A DNA stretch of 39,156 bases from the IMG/VR virus record IMGVR_UViG_3300030397_000442, positions 1-39,156 of that record, one strand, 5' to 3'. The stretch's first letter is position 1, and each line of letters begins with the position of its first letter. This document shows positions 24,094 through 32,341 of this stretch, in pieces. This stretch comes from a virus (taxonomy: Duplodnaviria; Caudoviricetes). The notes under the pieces were generated by a model. The model was not told the DNA's origin and did no database searches. It worked only from the letters and a program-made list of their open reading frames with translations. The position numbers were made by a program, and so were the translations under genes.

Positions 24094-24234
24094 ATGGACT
24101 GGCAATCATTCTGGATTGGATTTTTTGTAGCCGCCCCTGTGTTTTCAAGTGTGGGCTGTGTGCTTATGGCCCTGGTTGTCTCGGGTCGGATGGAGGATCT
24201 GAGGCGTGAGATTGCGGAGTTACGCGATGCCTGA
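24094..24234 (+). CDS. Small membrane protein (46 aa)
   Basis: MDWQSFWIGFFVAAPVFSSVGCVLMALVVSGR...; GGAGAG RBS. Confidence 0.6.
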   Translation: MDWQSFWIGFFVAAPVFSSVGCVLMALVVSGRMEDLRREIAELRDA

Positions 24235-24403
24235 ACTCAAAGACAAATCCCTAGCCGAGCGGATAGAGGCAGTGGGAGGCACGATCACCCGCTGCAAGAT
24301 GAAGCACCGGATAGCGCACACCACCCGTGACTCTGATGGGAATGTGGTAGCGACATCGCTGTCAGGGGCTTGGGCGTGGGTAAAGAGGATGGAAGGGAAG
24401 TGA
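24227..24403 (+). CDS. Hypothetical protein
   Basis: MPELKDKSLAERIE...; GGAG RBS; overlaps the previous stop. Confidence 0.6.
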   Translation: MPELKDKSLAERIEAVGGTITRCKMKHRIAHTTRDSDGNVVATSLSGAWAWVKRMEGK

Positions 24404-24409
24404 GTTTAC

Positions 24410-24468
24410 GGCTGCGTTGCGCACCAACTAGCACTGGTGTGATTGCCGATATGGCCGCAGCCACCCAT
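24410..24468 (+). ncRNA. Putative structured RNA with tRNA-like acceptor stem (copy 1)
   Basis: GGCTGCG/CGCAGCC stem followed by ACCCAT, with two internal hairpins; no T-loop consensus. Confidence 0.3.
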
Positions 24469-24503
24469 TTGGCCTATAGGCCGTAACTAGAGGAAAGAGA
24501 AAG

Positions 24504-24794
24504 ATGGAATACGACAATGCAGCGAGGGCTGGGGTCAGGGCTCCAGAACCACAGGCAAAGATGGAAAAGCACGACGACCTGTATAACGCCGTGGCGAGGA
24601 TTGATGCCACTGTTGAATCTGTCAGGAGACTGCTGGACAAGATTGCGGGCAACCCGCAGCCCGACATTACCTCGGGGACTGAAACCCCAGTCCTGTGCCT
24701 GAGCGAAGTGCTGGACTCGATGCCGACAATCATCCGCGACAAGTGCGACGAGATTGAGGCCATCGTGGGCGAGATACGCGGGCGGCTGTTCTGA
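24504..24794 (+). CDS. Hypothetical protein
   Basis: 96 aa, purine-rich RBS. Confidence 0.7.
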   Translation: MEYDNAARAGVRAPEPQAKMEKHDDLYNAVARIDATVESVRRLLDKIAGNPQPDITSGTETPVLCLSEVLDSMPTIIRDKCDEIEAIVGEIRGRLF

Positions 24795-24800
24795 GCTCAT

Positions 24801-24867
24801 GGCTTGCAACCAGGGTATTGCTGCCTGGCATTCACTGAGTGTCCTGCTGGCTCTGCAAGCCACCCAT
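24801..24867 (+). ncRNA. Putative structured RNA with tRNA-like acceptor stem (copy 2)
   Basis: GGCTTGCA/TGCAAGCC stem followed by ACCCAT; internal CCAGG/CCTGG and CATTCA/TGAGTG hairpins. Confidence 0.3.
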
Positions 24868-24888
24868 AGGCCTTAACAGGAGAGAGAT

Positions 24889-25059
24889 ATGGAAACAAAG
24901 AAGTTTGCACCGCTGGTGATCGAGCCTGCCGAGAACGGAGTAATTGTCAGGCCAACCAGGAACCCAGGTATGGATTTGGTAGCCGAGCCTCGCCATGTGT
25001 TCAACGACTTCGCTGAGTTTACGGCATGGCTGCGAGAGCAGATTGTAGAGTCTGCCTAG
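24889..25059 (+). CDS. Hypothetical protein (56 aa)
   Basis: METKKFAPLVIEPAENGVIV...; AGGAG RBS. Confidence 0.7.
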   Translation: METKKFAPLVIEPAENGVIVRPTRNPGMDLVAEPRHVFNDFAEFTAWLREQIVESA

Positions 25060-25078
25060 CCCCTGGCACTACTGAGGA

Positions 25079-25276
25079 ATGGAAAGAGATATGGCAGACG
25101 CAGTAGAAATTGGCAAGGTACGCACGATTGGCCCGAATGGCGACGATCTGACCGTCTACGATTGCGCGATGGTAATCACATGCACCCGCGATGAGATTCG
25201 GGAAGCGATGGAGACGGGCTGCATTAATTTCACCGTGTTGGGTATGCCAGCACCGGAGGGCAGGGGCGGTGAGTGA
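25079..25276 (+). CDS. Hypothetical protein
   Basis: 65 aa; overlaps the next start. Confidence 0.65.
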   Translation: MERDMADAVEIGKVRTIGPNGDDLTVYDCAMVITCTRDEIREAMETGCINFTVLGMPAPEGRGGE

Positions 25277-25589
25277 GATTCATCGAAAGCTCGTTGAGCA
25301 GGCGCAGCGCATCGAGGAAAAGGAAGCCGAAATAGCCGCCCTCCAGCAGCGCCTGGAAGCGGTGGAGTGGGTGTCGGTATCCGAGAGGCCGCCTGAAGAT
25401 TACGGGTGGTACATGGTTGTTGACGAATTCCTCCCCGGTGACCAGAGAACTATGGGCTTCTGGGATTGGGACGGCGAGCGCGGCCAGTGGCTACCACTAG
25501 ACTGCCGCGAAGATGCGGACTCCATGCAAGTCACCTACTGGGCAAATCTCCCGCCCGCGCCGACTACCGATGGAGGCGAGCATGAGTGA
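25269..25589 (+). CDS. DUF551-like protein
   Basis: WVSVSERPPE...VTYWANLPPAP; GTG start at 25269. Confidence 0.8.
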   Translation: MSEIHRKLVEQAQRIEEKEAEIAALQQRLEAVEWVSVSERPPEDYGWYMVVDEFLPGDQRTMGFWDWDGERGQWLPLDCREDADSMQVTYWANLPPAPTTDGGEHE

Positions 25590-25809
25590 CTACGTTGTGA
25601 TTATTGATAAGTCTGCCGGTAATGAATCCGTAGGAGAAATGTGGCAGGAAACAAAAGTATTCCCAGCAAGCGCCACTTTGGACGAAGTGATGCGGTGGGC
25701 CTGCCCTGATAGTTTCGACGCTCCCACAGGGTTTGAGTATTCAAGGCGTAGGGTCACGATCACAAAGCCCCACGCCGCTCTCGAAACCGATGATAAGGGG
25801 GTGGAGTAA
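25582..25809 (+). CDS. Hypothetical protein
   Basis: GGAGG RBS; overlap with the previous stop. Confidence 0.7.
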   Translation: MSDYVVIIDKSAGNESVGEMWQETKVFPASATLDEVMRWACPDSFDAPTGFEYSRRRVTITKPHAALETDDKGVE

Positions 25810-26253
25810 ATGAGTCAGTGGCACTGCGAGGTTTGTCATAACGATACTCACTGTCCCACCTGCTCCACCTGCTTGGAGTGTGTGGAAGATGGTTACGCCG
25901 CCTCAATACGTGAGCTATCTAAGCAACTCGCCGCCGAGCAGGAAGCACACGAGCTGACAAAGCTGTTGGCCCATGAGGCCGAGAAACAACTGGACGAGTG
26001 GGCTGGTTTGGTTGAAGCCTGCGGAGGCATAGCCCGCATTAAAGAGGTGAGCGACTTAAAGCAACAGCTAGTCGCCGCCGAGCAGGAGAAGAACCGGAGG
26101 CTGGTGGAGGTGCGGGAGGCCGCTGAGGCCGTAGAACAAGACTTCCTGCCCCACAAATACGCTAGTGGTGAAAAGGCCAGCTTCGGGAACGTCCAGCGGC
26201 GTCTGGTTGAAGCTCTCGCCAAAGCACTGAAGGAGTACCGGGAACATGAGTAA
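25810..26253 (+). CDS. Hypothetical Cys-rich/coiled-coil protein
   Basis: N-terminal CxxC motifs, then coiled coil. Confidence 0.7.
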   Translation: MSQWHCEVCHNDTHCPTCSTCLECVEDGYAASIRELSKQLAAEQEAHELTKLLAHEAEKQLDEWAGLVEACGGIARIKEVSDLKQQLVAAEQEKNRRLVEVREAAEAVEQDFLPHKYASGEKASFGNVQRRLVEALAKALKEYREHE

Positions 26254-26641
26254 GGAATTATCCGCCAAAGAAGCCGAAGCACTGGCCCTCGAATTCTGCA
26301 AGGGCGGGGATATGTACTGGTGGGAGCGGTTTGAGTACAAAGGCGATGATGGCGAGTGGGTAAAGAAAGAGCCAAACACGTTCCATGAAATACGGGCTTA
26401 CCGCTTAAAGCAGAAGAAAATCAAAATCGGCAAGCGCAAGATCAATGCGCCGCTGGAGGTGTTGCCGGAGAGTGGGTGTGTGTACACCGCATCCCCCGCT
26501 GTTGCTGAAGGATATTCCGCATGGAACGTGGAAGAGGCATTCGCAAAACGCGCCCTTGAACTCAGCCAAGCCTTCGCCACCCCTGAAGATGCCATAGCGG
26601 CAAGGGATGCACAGGCTGTGCTGATGGGAGGTGGGGAGTGA
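26246..26641 (+). CDS. Hypothetical protein
   Basis: 131 aa, coupled to neighbours. Confidence 0.7.
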   Translation: MSKELSAKEAEALALEFCKGGDMYWWERFEYKGDDGEWVKKEPNTFHEIRAYRLKQKKIKIGKRKINAPLEVLPESGCVYTASPAVAEGYSAWNVEEAFAKRALELSQAFATPEDAIAARDAQAVLMGGGE

Positions 26642-27099
26642 ATAAGTTCAAGAAAGAGCATCGCTATTACGTTTTCAAGCGTAAGAACATGACTTCGGCC
26701 ATAGAGAATCGAGTCAGTGCCTTGGCTCACCCCGACTGGAGTCCCAATTGTGTTGTGGTCGAGCACGACTGGCCCGAGTACGAAATCGTATGGGGCATGA
26801 TACAGGCTAGGGTCGAAGGCAAGTCGAACATCATAGCCCAGCTCACCCAGGAGCGTGATGCGCTACAGCGTCGATCAACAGCCAAGATCAAATCCTGTGA
26901 CCTCCAAATGATCGCTGACATTGGCTTCCCGGCTACGGCTGAAAGGGTGGCGAACCAGATCACCACCCAGCGCGAGGCAGCCGACAACATCCGAGAGTAC
27001 GCCACCCACATCATGTACCACACAGAGGATTCGCACGTTGCTCATCTTGTCGAGCAGATCAGGGCGTGGGCAGAGAAACTGGAGGGGCGAAGTGAATAG
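26638..27099 (+). CDS. Hypothetical phage protein
   Basis: RYYVFKRK and CVVVEHDWPEYE.VW.MI..R motifs; GTGA coupling. Confidence 0.7.
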   Translation: MNKFKKEHRYYVFKRKNMTSAIENRVSALAHPDWSPNCVVVEHDWPEYEIVWGMIQARVEGKSNIIAQLTQERDALQRRSTAKIKSCDLQMIADIGFPATAERVANQITTQREAADNIREYATHIMYHTEDSHVAHLVEQIRAWAEKLEGRSE

Positions 27100-27320
27100 C
27101 GATGTGTCCGACATCAGCTTCAAGCTCAAGTACATGGCTGCCGAACTTTCGCAGGGCCACGTTTGCCCACCGCCTGGTAGTCGAGGAGGGTCCGGTCTGG
27201 ACCCTGTTCATCACCGGCCCGCGCATCCGCCAGTGGGGCTTCATCTGCCCCCAGGGCTGGCGCCACTGGAAAGAGTTCACCTCAACCGATGGGCTGGGTG
27301 TGGGCCGTGGGTGTGACTGA
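27092..27320 (+). pseudogene. Chimeric/frameshifted remnant: new 5' start joined out of frame to the C-terminus of a cupin-like phage protein
   Basis: The GTG 27092 frame degenerates after about 18 codons; the +1 frame from 27147 gives FRRATFAHRL...VWTLFITGPRIRQWGF.CP.GW.HW.EF. Confidence 0.55.
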
Positions 27321-27541
27321 TGGCTGACGGAGCACCAATAGCCCGGCGCGTACTCGACGTGCAGCACCGCTGGCTGGTCACTGCGGGCGTCTATGACGAC
27401 ACGGTGATCGTGGGCTGCAGGCCCGATGTCCAGAACTGCACCCTCCAGACCCGCAAGCTGATCAGTAATGACCACGGCGTGCCGTCCTGGTCCGAGTGGG
27501 AAGACGTGCCTGTGGTAGCAATGGAGGAGGTGCCGCTCTGA
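27320..27541 (+). CDS. Hypothetical protein
   Basis: 73 aa, TGATG coupling. Confidence 0.65.
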   Translation: MADGAPIARRVLDVQHRWLVTAGVYDDTVIVGCRPDVQNCTLQTRKLISNDHGVPSWSEWEDVPVVAMEEVPL

Positions 27542-27792
27542 TGATCTGCTTCCGAGACAACTGCGGCAAGCACGCCACGAAGAAGGCTCGGATCGTGTGC
27601 TACGAGCCGCTGGCCTTCAAGAAGGTGAAGATCTACCTGAACGTCCATGTGTGCGACGAGCACGGGACGCCCGAGACAGCGGCCGATCTGCTCCAGGCCG
27701 GCAAGCTGCAGATCGAGCAATCCTTCAAGGCCCAGGGCCTCACCCTCCCCGACTGGAACCGCAGCTATGCGGAGTGGGTGGCGATTCAATGA
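27541..27792 (+). CDS. Hypothetical Zn-binding protein
   Basis: C....C and CDEH; GGAGG RBS; ATG at 27541. Confidence 0.65.
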   Translation: MICFRDNCGKHATKKARIVCYEPLAFKKVKIYLNVHVCDEHGTPETAADLLQAGKLQIEQSFKAQGLTLPDWNRSYAEWVAIQ

Positions 27793-28004
27793 ACGAGCTG
27801 AAGGAAATGCCCAAGGGCGTCGAAGGCATCATGGGATTCATCCACCACCACATCTGCGACGCCCCCGACAAGGATTCACCGGACCACGAGTGCCAGGGTG
27901 TTCTCACCGTCACCCGAAAGTCCGTCAAGGCAGAGTGCCCGAAGTGCGGCAGCTGCATTTACCACAACCCCGAAGGATTGGAGACAACATTATGCTCATC
28001 TTAA
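27789..28004 (+). CDS. Hypothetical Zn-ribbon protein
   Basis: [10 protein letters not shown]...ECQG...ECPKCG; ATGA coupling. Confidence 0.65.
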   Translation: MNELKEMPKGVEGIMGFIHHHICDAPDKDSPDHECQGVLTVTRKSVKAECPKCGSCIYHNPEGLETTLCSS

Positions 28005-28192
28005 CCAGGCTGGTTGGATCCAGCATCATGATCGGCGACGACATCACCGTGACGGTGCTGGGCGTTAAGGGAAATCAGGTGCGGATCGGCGTCGACGCGC
28101 CCCGCGATGTCCAGGTCCACCGCGAGGAGATCTACAACCGGATCCAGGGCGAGCAGCAGGCGCAGCAGCAGAAGGCCGTCGCCAATGGGTGA
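27992..28192 (+). CDS. csrA: Carbon storage regulator CsrA/RsmA homologue
   Basis: [48 protein letters not shown]; GGAG RBS. Confidence 0.95.
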   Translation: MLILTRLVGSSIMIGDDITVTVLGVKGNQVRIGVDAPRDVQVHREEIYNRIQGEQQAQQQKAVANG

Positions 28193-28940
28193 CACCACCG
28201 CCATCAGTTGGACCGACCACACGTGGAACCCCTGGTGGGGCTGCACGAAGATCGCACCTGGCTGCGACAACTGCTACGCCGCGGCGCTGGACAAGCGTAC
28301 CGGTGGAGATTACTGGGACGTGCACACCAAGCCGCGCCGCACCAGCGAGGCATACTGGAATCTGCCGCACCGCTGGAACCGGAAGGCCGAGAAGGAAGGC
28401 CACCGGCGCAAGGTGTTCTGCGGCAGCATGATGGATTGGTGCGACAAGGATGCGCCGCCGATGGCCCGGGAATTCCTCTGGTCGGCGATCAAATCCACCC
28501 CCTGGCTCGACTGGCAGTTGCTGACGAAGCGCGCCAGCCTGATCCGCCAGAACCTGCCCTATGACTGGGGCGACGGTTACGACAACGTGTGGCTGGGCGT
28601 CACCGTCGAGAACCGGCAGCATGGCCTGCCCCGCATCGAGGAGCTGCGCCGCATTCCCGCCAAGGTCCGGTTCCTGTCCTGCGAACCGCTTCTGGAGCAC
28701 ATCAACATCAAACCGCGCCGCCTGGAGGGTATCCACTGGGTGATCATCGGTGGCGAGTCTGGCCCCGGCTGCAGGCCCATGATCCGCGACTGGGTGATCG
28801 ACATCATGGACGACTGCCACTTTGCGGACGTGCCGGTGTTCTTCAAGCAGTGGGGTGGTAACAAAGCCGGCAAGGGCGGTGACCTGTTCGATGGGCGGGA
28901 GATTAAGGAATGGCCGCTGCTTGGGAGGGAGGCGTCGTGA
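28185..28940 (+). CDS. DUF5131 / phage Gp37-Gp68 family (radical-SAM-like) protein
   Basis: [58 protein letters not shown]. Confidence 0.92.
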   Translation: MGDTTAISWTDHTWNPWWGCTKIAPGCDNCYAAALDKRTGGDYWDVHTKPRRTSEAYWNLPHRWNRKAEKEGHRRKVFCGSMMDWCDKDAPPMAREFLWSAIKSTPWLDWQLLTKRASLIRQNLPYDWGDGYDNVWLGVTVENRQHGLPRIEELRRIPAKVRFLSCEPLLEHINIKPRRLEGIHWVIIGGESGPGCRPMIRDWVIDIMDDCHFADVPVFFKQWGGNKAGKGGDLFDGREIKEWPLLGREAS

Positions 28941-29146
28941 AACAGCGCAAAGTGAACATGCCCGACAACCTGGTCGACCTGCGCGAACGGGTTCGCCGCG
29001 ACGCGGCGACCATCACCATGCAGGCCAACGAGATCGCGATGCTGCGGCGCAGGCAGGGCGAGCTGCGCGAAGAACTGGAGCAGTTCCGGGACCGCACACC
29101 CTCTCCCGCCGTGCTGGACCCGCGCAACCGGAGTATCGGCCTGTGA
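28937..29146 (+). CDS. Hypothetical coiled-coil protein
   Basis: GTGA coupling, GGAGG RBS. Confidence 0.65.
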   Translation: MKQRKVNMPDNLVDLRERVRRDAATITMQANEIAMLRRRQGELREELEQFRDRTPSPAVLDPRNRSIGL

Positions 29147-29394
29147 GCAACGAGCCCTGCCCCTTCTGCCGCGGTGAACTCCTGGAGGAGAGCACGCTGT
29201 ATCTGGACGAGTCGGACATCGAGCGCTTCTCGCTGCTGCGCGACGTGGATGGTACCGGCGGCGTCGAAATGGTCACCTGCCTTCGCTGCATGGGCCAGGC
29301 GCCGAAGTCGATCTGGAACAATCGGGGCGAGCCCACCTGGCAGGAGCAGCTGGCGGCGCAGGCCTCGGATGGCGATGTGGAGTTGGATCTGTGA
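29143..29394 (+). CDS. Lar-like (restriction alleviation) Zn-ribbon protein
   Basis: PCPFCRG...VTCLRC.G....IWNNR. Confidence 0.6.
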   Translation: MSNEPCPFCRGELLEESTLYLDESDIERFSLLRDVDGTGGVEMVTCLRCMGQAPKSIWNNRGEPTWQEQLAAQASDGDVELDL

Positions 29395-29861
29395 TAGCAA
29401 TCTTCCTCGATTTTGACGGCGTCCTGTGCACCGCTCGCATGGCAAAAGCTACTGGCGAGCGCGGTGTAATCGGCGGGCTTGATCCGGTCGCTCTCGCATT
29501 CCTGAATCGGATCTGCCGGGAGTACCCGGTGAAGATCGTCATCAGTTCAACATGGCGAGCCGGACAGGAAGCGTGGTTCTTCTGGAGGCTATTTGCATCA
29601 GCAGGCCACCACGATATCAGGAGAGCACTGCACGAGGACTGGAAAACACCGGTCACAGGCGACACCAGGGGCGAGGAGATCCAGCTGTGGCTGGATGCAC
29701 ACCCCGAAGTCTCCGATTACCTCATTCTGGACGACGATAGTGACATGCTCGAGCACCAGATGCCGAATCTGATTCATACAGATTCCCTCAACGGGATGCT
29801 GCTGGAGCACTACCGGGACATTGAGAAGCGGCTGGAAACCCCCGCCGAGGCGGCACAGTGA
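29391..29861 (+). CDS. HAD-superfamily phosphatase (Swiss-Army-Knife RNA-repair-like HAD)
   Basis: IFLDFDGVL, IVISSTWR, RGEEI..WL, YLILDD motifs. Confidence 0.88.
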   Translation: MIAIFLDFDGVLCTARMAKATGERGVIGGLDPVALAFLNRICREYPVKIVISSTWRAGQEAWFFWRLFASAGHHDIRRALHEDWKTPVTGDTRGEEIQLWLDAHPEVSDYLILDDDSDMLEHQMPNLIHTDSLNGMLLEHYRDIEKRLETPAEAAQ

Positions 29862-30058
29862 AATCCTTCCTCCGCCACCGCTCGAACCGCTTTGGCTTCT
29901 GCGGCTGGGCCATCCAGCTGCCCGAGGGCCCGATCTGCGAGTGGTCGGTATCCACCACCCGAGAGGAATGCCGGCAGCTGCGCCGCGAAAAGGCCGACCT
30001 GTTCGAGCGCGGGGCGCAGATCGTGAAGGTGAGGATTAGCGTGGAGGCCCTGCCATGA
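29858..30058 (+). CDS. Hypothetical protein
   Basis: 66 aa, coupled on both sides. Confidence 0.6.
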   Translation: MKSFLRHRSNRFGFCGWAIQLPEGPICEWSVSTTREECRQLRREKADLFERGAQIVKVRISVEALP

Positions 30059-30255
30059 ACTGTCCAAAATGTGGCGCCGACATGGAGGGGCCCAAGTACG
30101 AACAGCTCTACAGCTTCGAGCGCCTGACTTACACATGCAAATGTGGGTTCGAGGGCTACCGCCCCTGCAATGATTCGACTGACCAGAGGGTCGGAATGGA
30201 GAAGGGAATATTCTGGCGGAAAGCCGCCAAGCCGGAGAAGGCAGCCAATGGATAA
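30055..30255 (+). CDS. Hypothetical Zn-ribbon protein
   Basis: CPKCG...CKCG; GGAGG RBS. Confidence 0.65.
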   Translation: MNCPKCGADMEGPKYEQLYSFERLTYTCKCGFEGYRPCNDSTDQRVGMEKGIFWRKAAKPEKAANG

Positions 30256-30367
30256 GCCGATAGTGATAGCCCTGATCGCCATGGCGTTCCTGGTCACTGG
30301 ATTCTCATTGGGGCATGCAGAAGCCCGCGTTCATTGTGGGCAGCAGTTGGAGGACATCTCAGAGTGA
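30248..30367 (+). CDS. Small membrane protein (39 aa)
   Basis: MDKPIVIALIAMAFLVTGFSLG...; overlaps both neighbours. Confidence 0.6.
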   Translation: MDKPIVIALIAMAFLVTGFSLGHAEARVHCGQQLEDISE

Positions 30368-30969
30368 ACCCCTACGAAATACTCGGCGTGCCCAGCGACG
30401 CTACACAGGCCGACATCAAGGCCGCCTACCGTCGGGAAGCCCAAAAGGCGCACCCTGACCGCGGCGGCAGCACCGAGCGATTCCAGAAAGTGGCAAAGGC
30501 CTGGGAGGTGCTGGGCGATCCGGATAGCCGTGCCCTGTACGACGCCACCGGGGAGATCGAGGACCAGCACATCGAGAACCAGGTGAACAATCGCCTGGCT
30601 GAAATGTTCCGGGCTTTCATCGAGAACCCGCAGGCCCCGGGCAACATGATCGACCAGTGTCGGGACCGGGTCACCAGCGCCATGGCCAAACTCTCGGATG
30701 ATCGCGCGAAAGTTGATCTGGCCCTCGATCGCCTGGACCAGATGGAAGGCCGGGTCACATCCAGAGGGAAGACCAACGTGTTCAGCCTGCTGGTGGCGGA
30801 GCAGCGGATCCTCGGCGAGAGGATGCTCGACCAGATCGAGGGGGATATGAAGCTGTGGCGGCGCGTCCTGGAGGCCCTGGAGGCGTACACCGACGAGCGG
30901 CCGGTGGCTCGGCCGGAGCCCACGAGGTACCGGCAGCCTTTTACCACTACAGGCTCCTGGAGCGGGTAA
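30364..30969 (+). CDS. J-domain (DnaJ-like) protein
   Basis: NPYEILGV..DAT..DIK.AYRR.A...HPDRGG...F..V..AWEVLGDP..R..YD. Confidence 0.92.
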   Translation: MNPYEILGVPSDATQADIKAAYRREAQKAHPDRGGSTERFQKVAKAWEVLGDPDSRALYDATGEIEDQHIENQVNNRLAEMFRAFIENPQAPGNMIDQCRDRVTSAMAKLSDDRAKVDLALDRLDQMEGRVTSRGKTNVFSLLVAEQRILGERMLDQIEGDMKLWRRVLEALEAYTDERPVARPEPTRYRQPFTTTGSWSG

Positions 30970-31334
30970 TGACCGACCAGTTGCAAGCCGCCAACGAGGA
31001 GAGTACAACTGACCTCCCCCCGCCCCCGGTCCTCTCCAAGGCCGGAATCGCTGCCCGGTACCAGGTCAGCGAGGGCACTGTCGAGGGCTGGCGCAAGCGG
31101 CACTGGAAGAAGAAATGGCACTACTACATCAAAGGACATACCGTCATTTGCCACGTGGAAAGGATTGACGAATGGCATCTATCGCACCTGGAATCTCAGC
31201 TGCCCCAAACGGAAAGGCCATCTACATCAAAGTCTGGCGAGGAGGAAAGCTCGCCCACTTCGAAACCTTCGAAGGTGACCCCAATGACCCGGGTGACATC
31301 GCGCGCGCGAAGGCAAGGCGCGAGAAGCTCCTAG
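30969..31334 (+). CDS. Excisionase-like protein
   Basis: Winged-helix-like SKAGIAARYQVSEGTVEGW...HY...IDEW; precedes and overlaps int. Confidence 0.7.
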   Translation: MTDQLQAANEESTTDLPPPPVLSKAGIAARYQVSEGTVEGWRKRHWKKKWHYYIKGHTVICHVERIDEWHLSHLESQLPQTERPSTSKSGEEESSPTSKPSKVTPMTRVTSRARRQGARSS

Positions 31335-32341
31335 CCCGCAAGGAACTCAACCTCCCCCTCCACGCCGGCGACAAAGGCCCACTGATGTTCGAGGAGGCCG
31401 CCCAGGGCTACCTCGATACCGTCCAGGTCGACGACGACACCCAGATCAAGTACGAGAACATACTGAACCGGCACTGGATGCCGGAGTTCACCAATTGGCC
31501 GGTGAGTGAGGTGACCAGTCGCCACATCAAGGACGCACTGTTCAAGAAGAAGATCTCGGACAAAACCCGCAAGAACATCCTGTCAGTTCTCAGCGGGGTA
31601 ATGAACTACGCGGAGGTGCAGCCCAACCCTTGCGCGGGGATCTCGTTTCAGCGCCGGCGCCGCGGCAAGGATAAAGGGGTCACCAGGTACACCCTGGAGC
31701 AGAGGGAGGCATTGATTGGGGAGTTGGTGAAACTGAGGGATAAGGCGCGCCTGCTTGCCAGCCGGGAAAACCCGACGCACAAGGCCCTGCGGGACCTCCA
31801 CTGGCGCGAGCAGGCGCTGGCGTTCTACACCCTGCTGCTGGGCACCGGCCTGCGCCCTGGAGAGGCCCTGGCACTGAAGTGGTCCGACTACAATGGCACC
31901 GAACTGAGCGTGACGAAGCAGCACACCTGTAACAAAGTGAAGGATATGACGAAGACCGGCGTGGATCGCACTGTGTACGTGCAGGCGTGGGTCCGGCCTT
32001 TCCTGGACGAGCATCCCACCCGGTTCAAGGAGGGGAACATCTTCCTGAACCTATCCGGCGACCCGCTAATGGACTACAAGCGCCTCCAGGTAGTTTGGAA
32101 GAAGACCCACGTGAAGGCCAGAGTTCCGGAGCAGCGCCCCTACGTCTGCCGTCACACGCGCGCTGCGGAGCTGCTGACGATTGGCATCCATCCCGCTGAG
32201 GCTGCGGACCAGCTGGGGCACAGCCCGAAAATGTTCCTGGAGATCTATTCGGAGTTCATGGACAGCTACAACCGCCACAAAGGCTATGAGCGGTATGAGC
32301 AGCCCGAAGAGAGTGAGACCGAAAAAGCCACCGAAAAATGA
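31172..32341 (+). CDS. int: Tyrosine integrase
   Basis: TGLRPGE, TKT, YVCRHT, QLGHS..M...Y catalytic motifs; N-terminal arm-binding-like region. Confidence 0.95.
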   Translation: MASIAPGISAAPNGKAIYIKVWRGGKLAHFETFEGDPNDPGDIARAKARREKLLARKELNLPLHAGDKGPLMFEEAAQGYLDTVQVDDDTQIKYENILNRHWMPEFTNWPVSEVTSRHIKDALFKKKISDKTRKNILSVLSGVMNYAEVQPNPCAGISFQRRRRGKDKGVTRYTLEQREALIGELVKLRDKARLLASRENPTHKALRDLHWREQALAFYTLLLGTGLRPGEALALKWSDYNGTELSVTKQHTCNKVKDMTKTGVDRTVYVQAWVRPFLDEHPTRFKEGNIFLNLSGDPLMDYKRLQVVWKKTHVKARVPEQRPYVCRHTRAAELLTIGIHPAEAADQLGHSPKMFLEIYSEFMDSYNRHKGYERYEQPEESETEKATEK

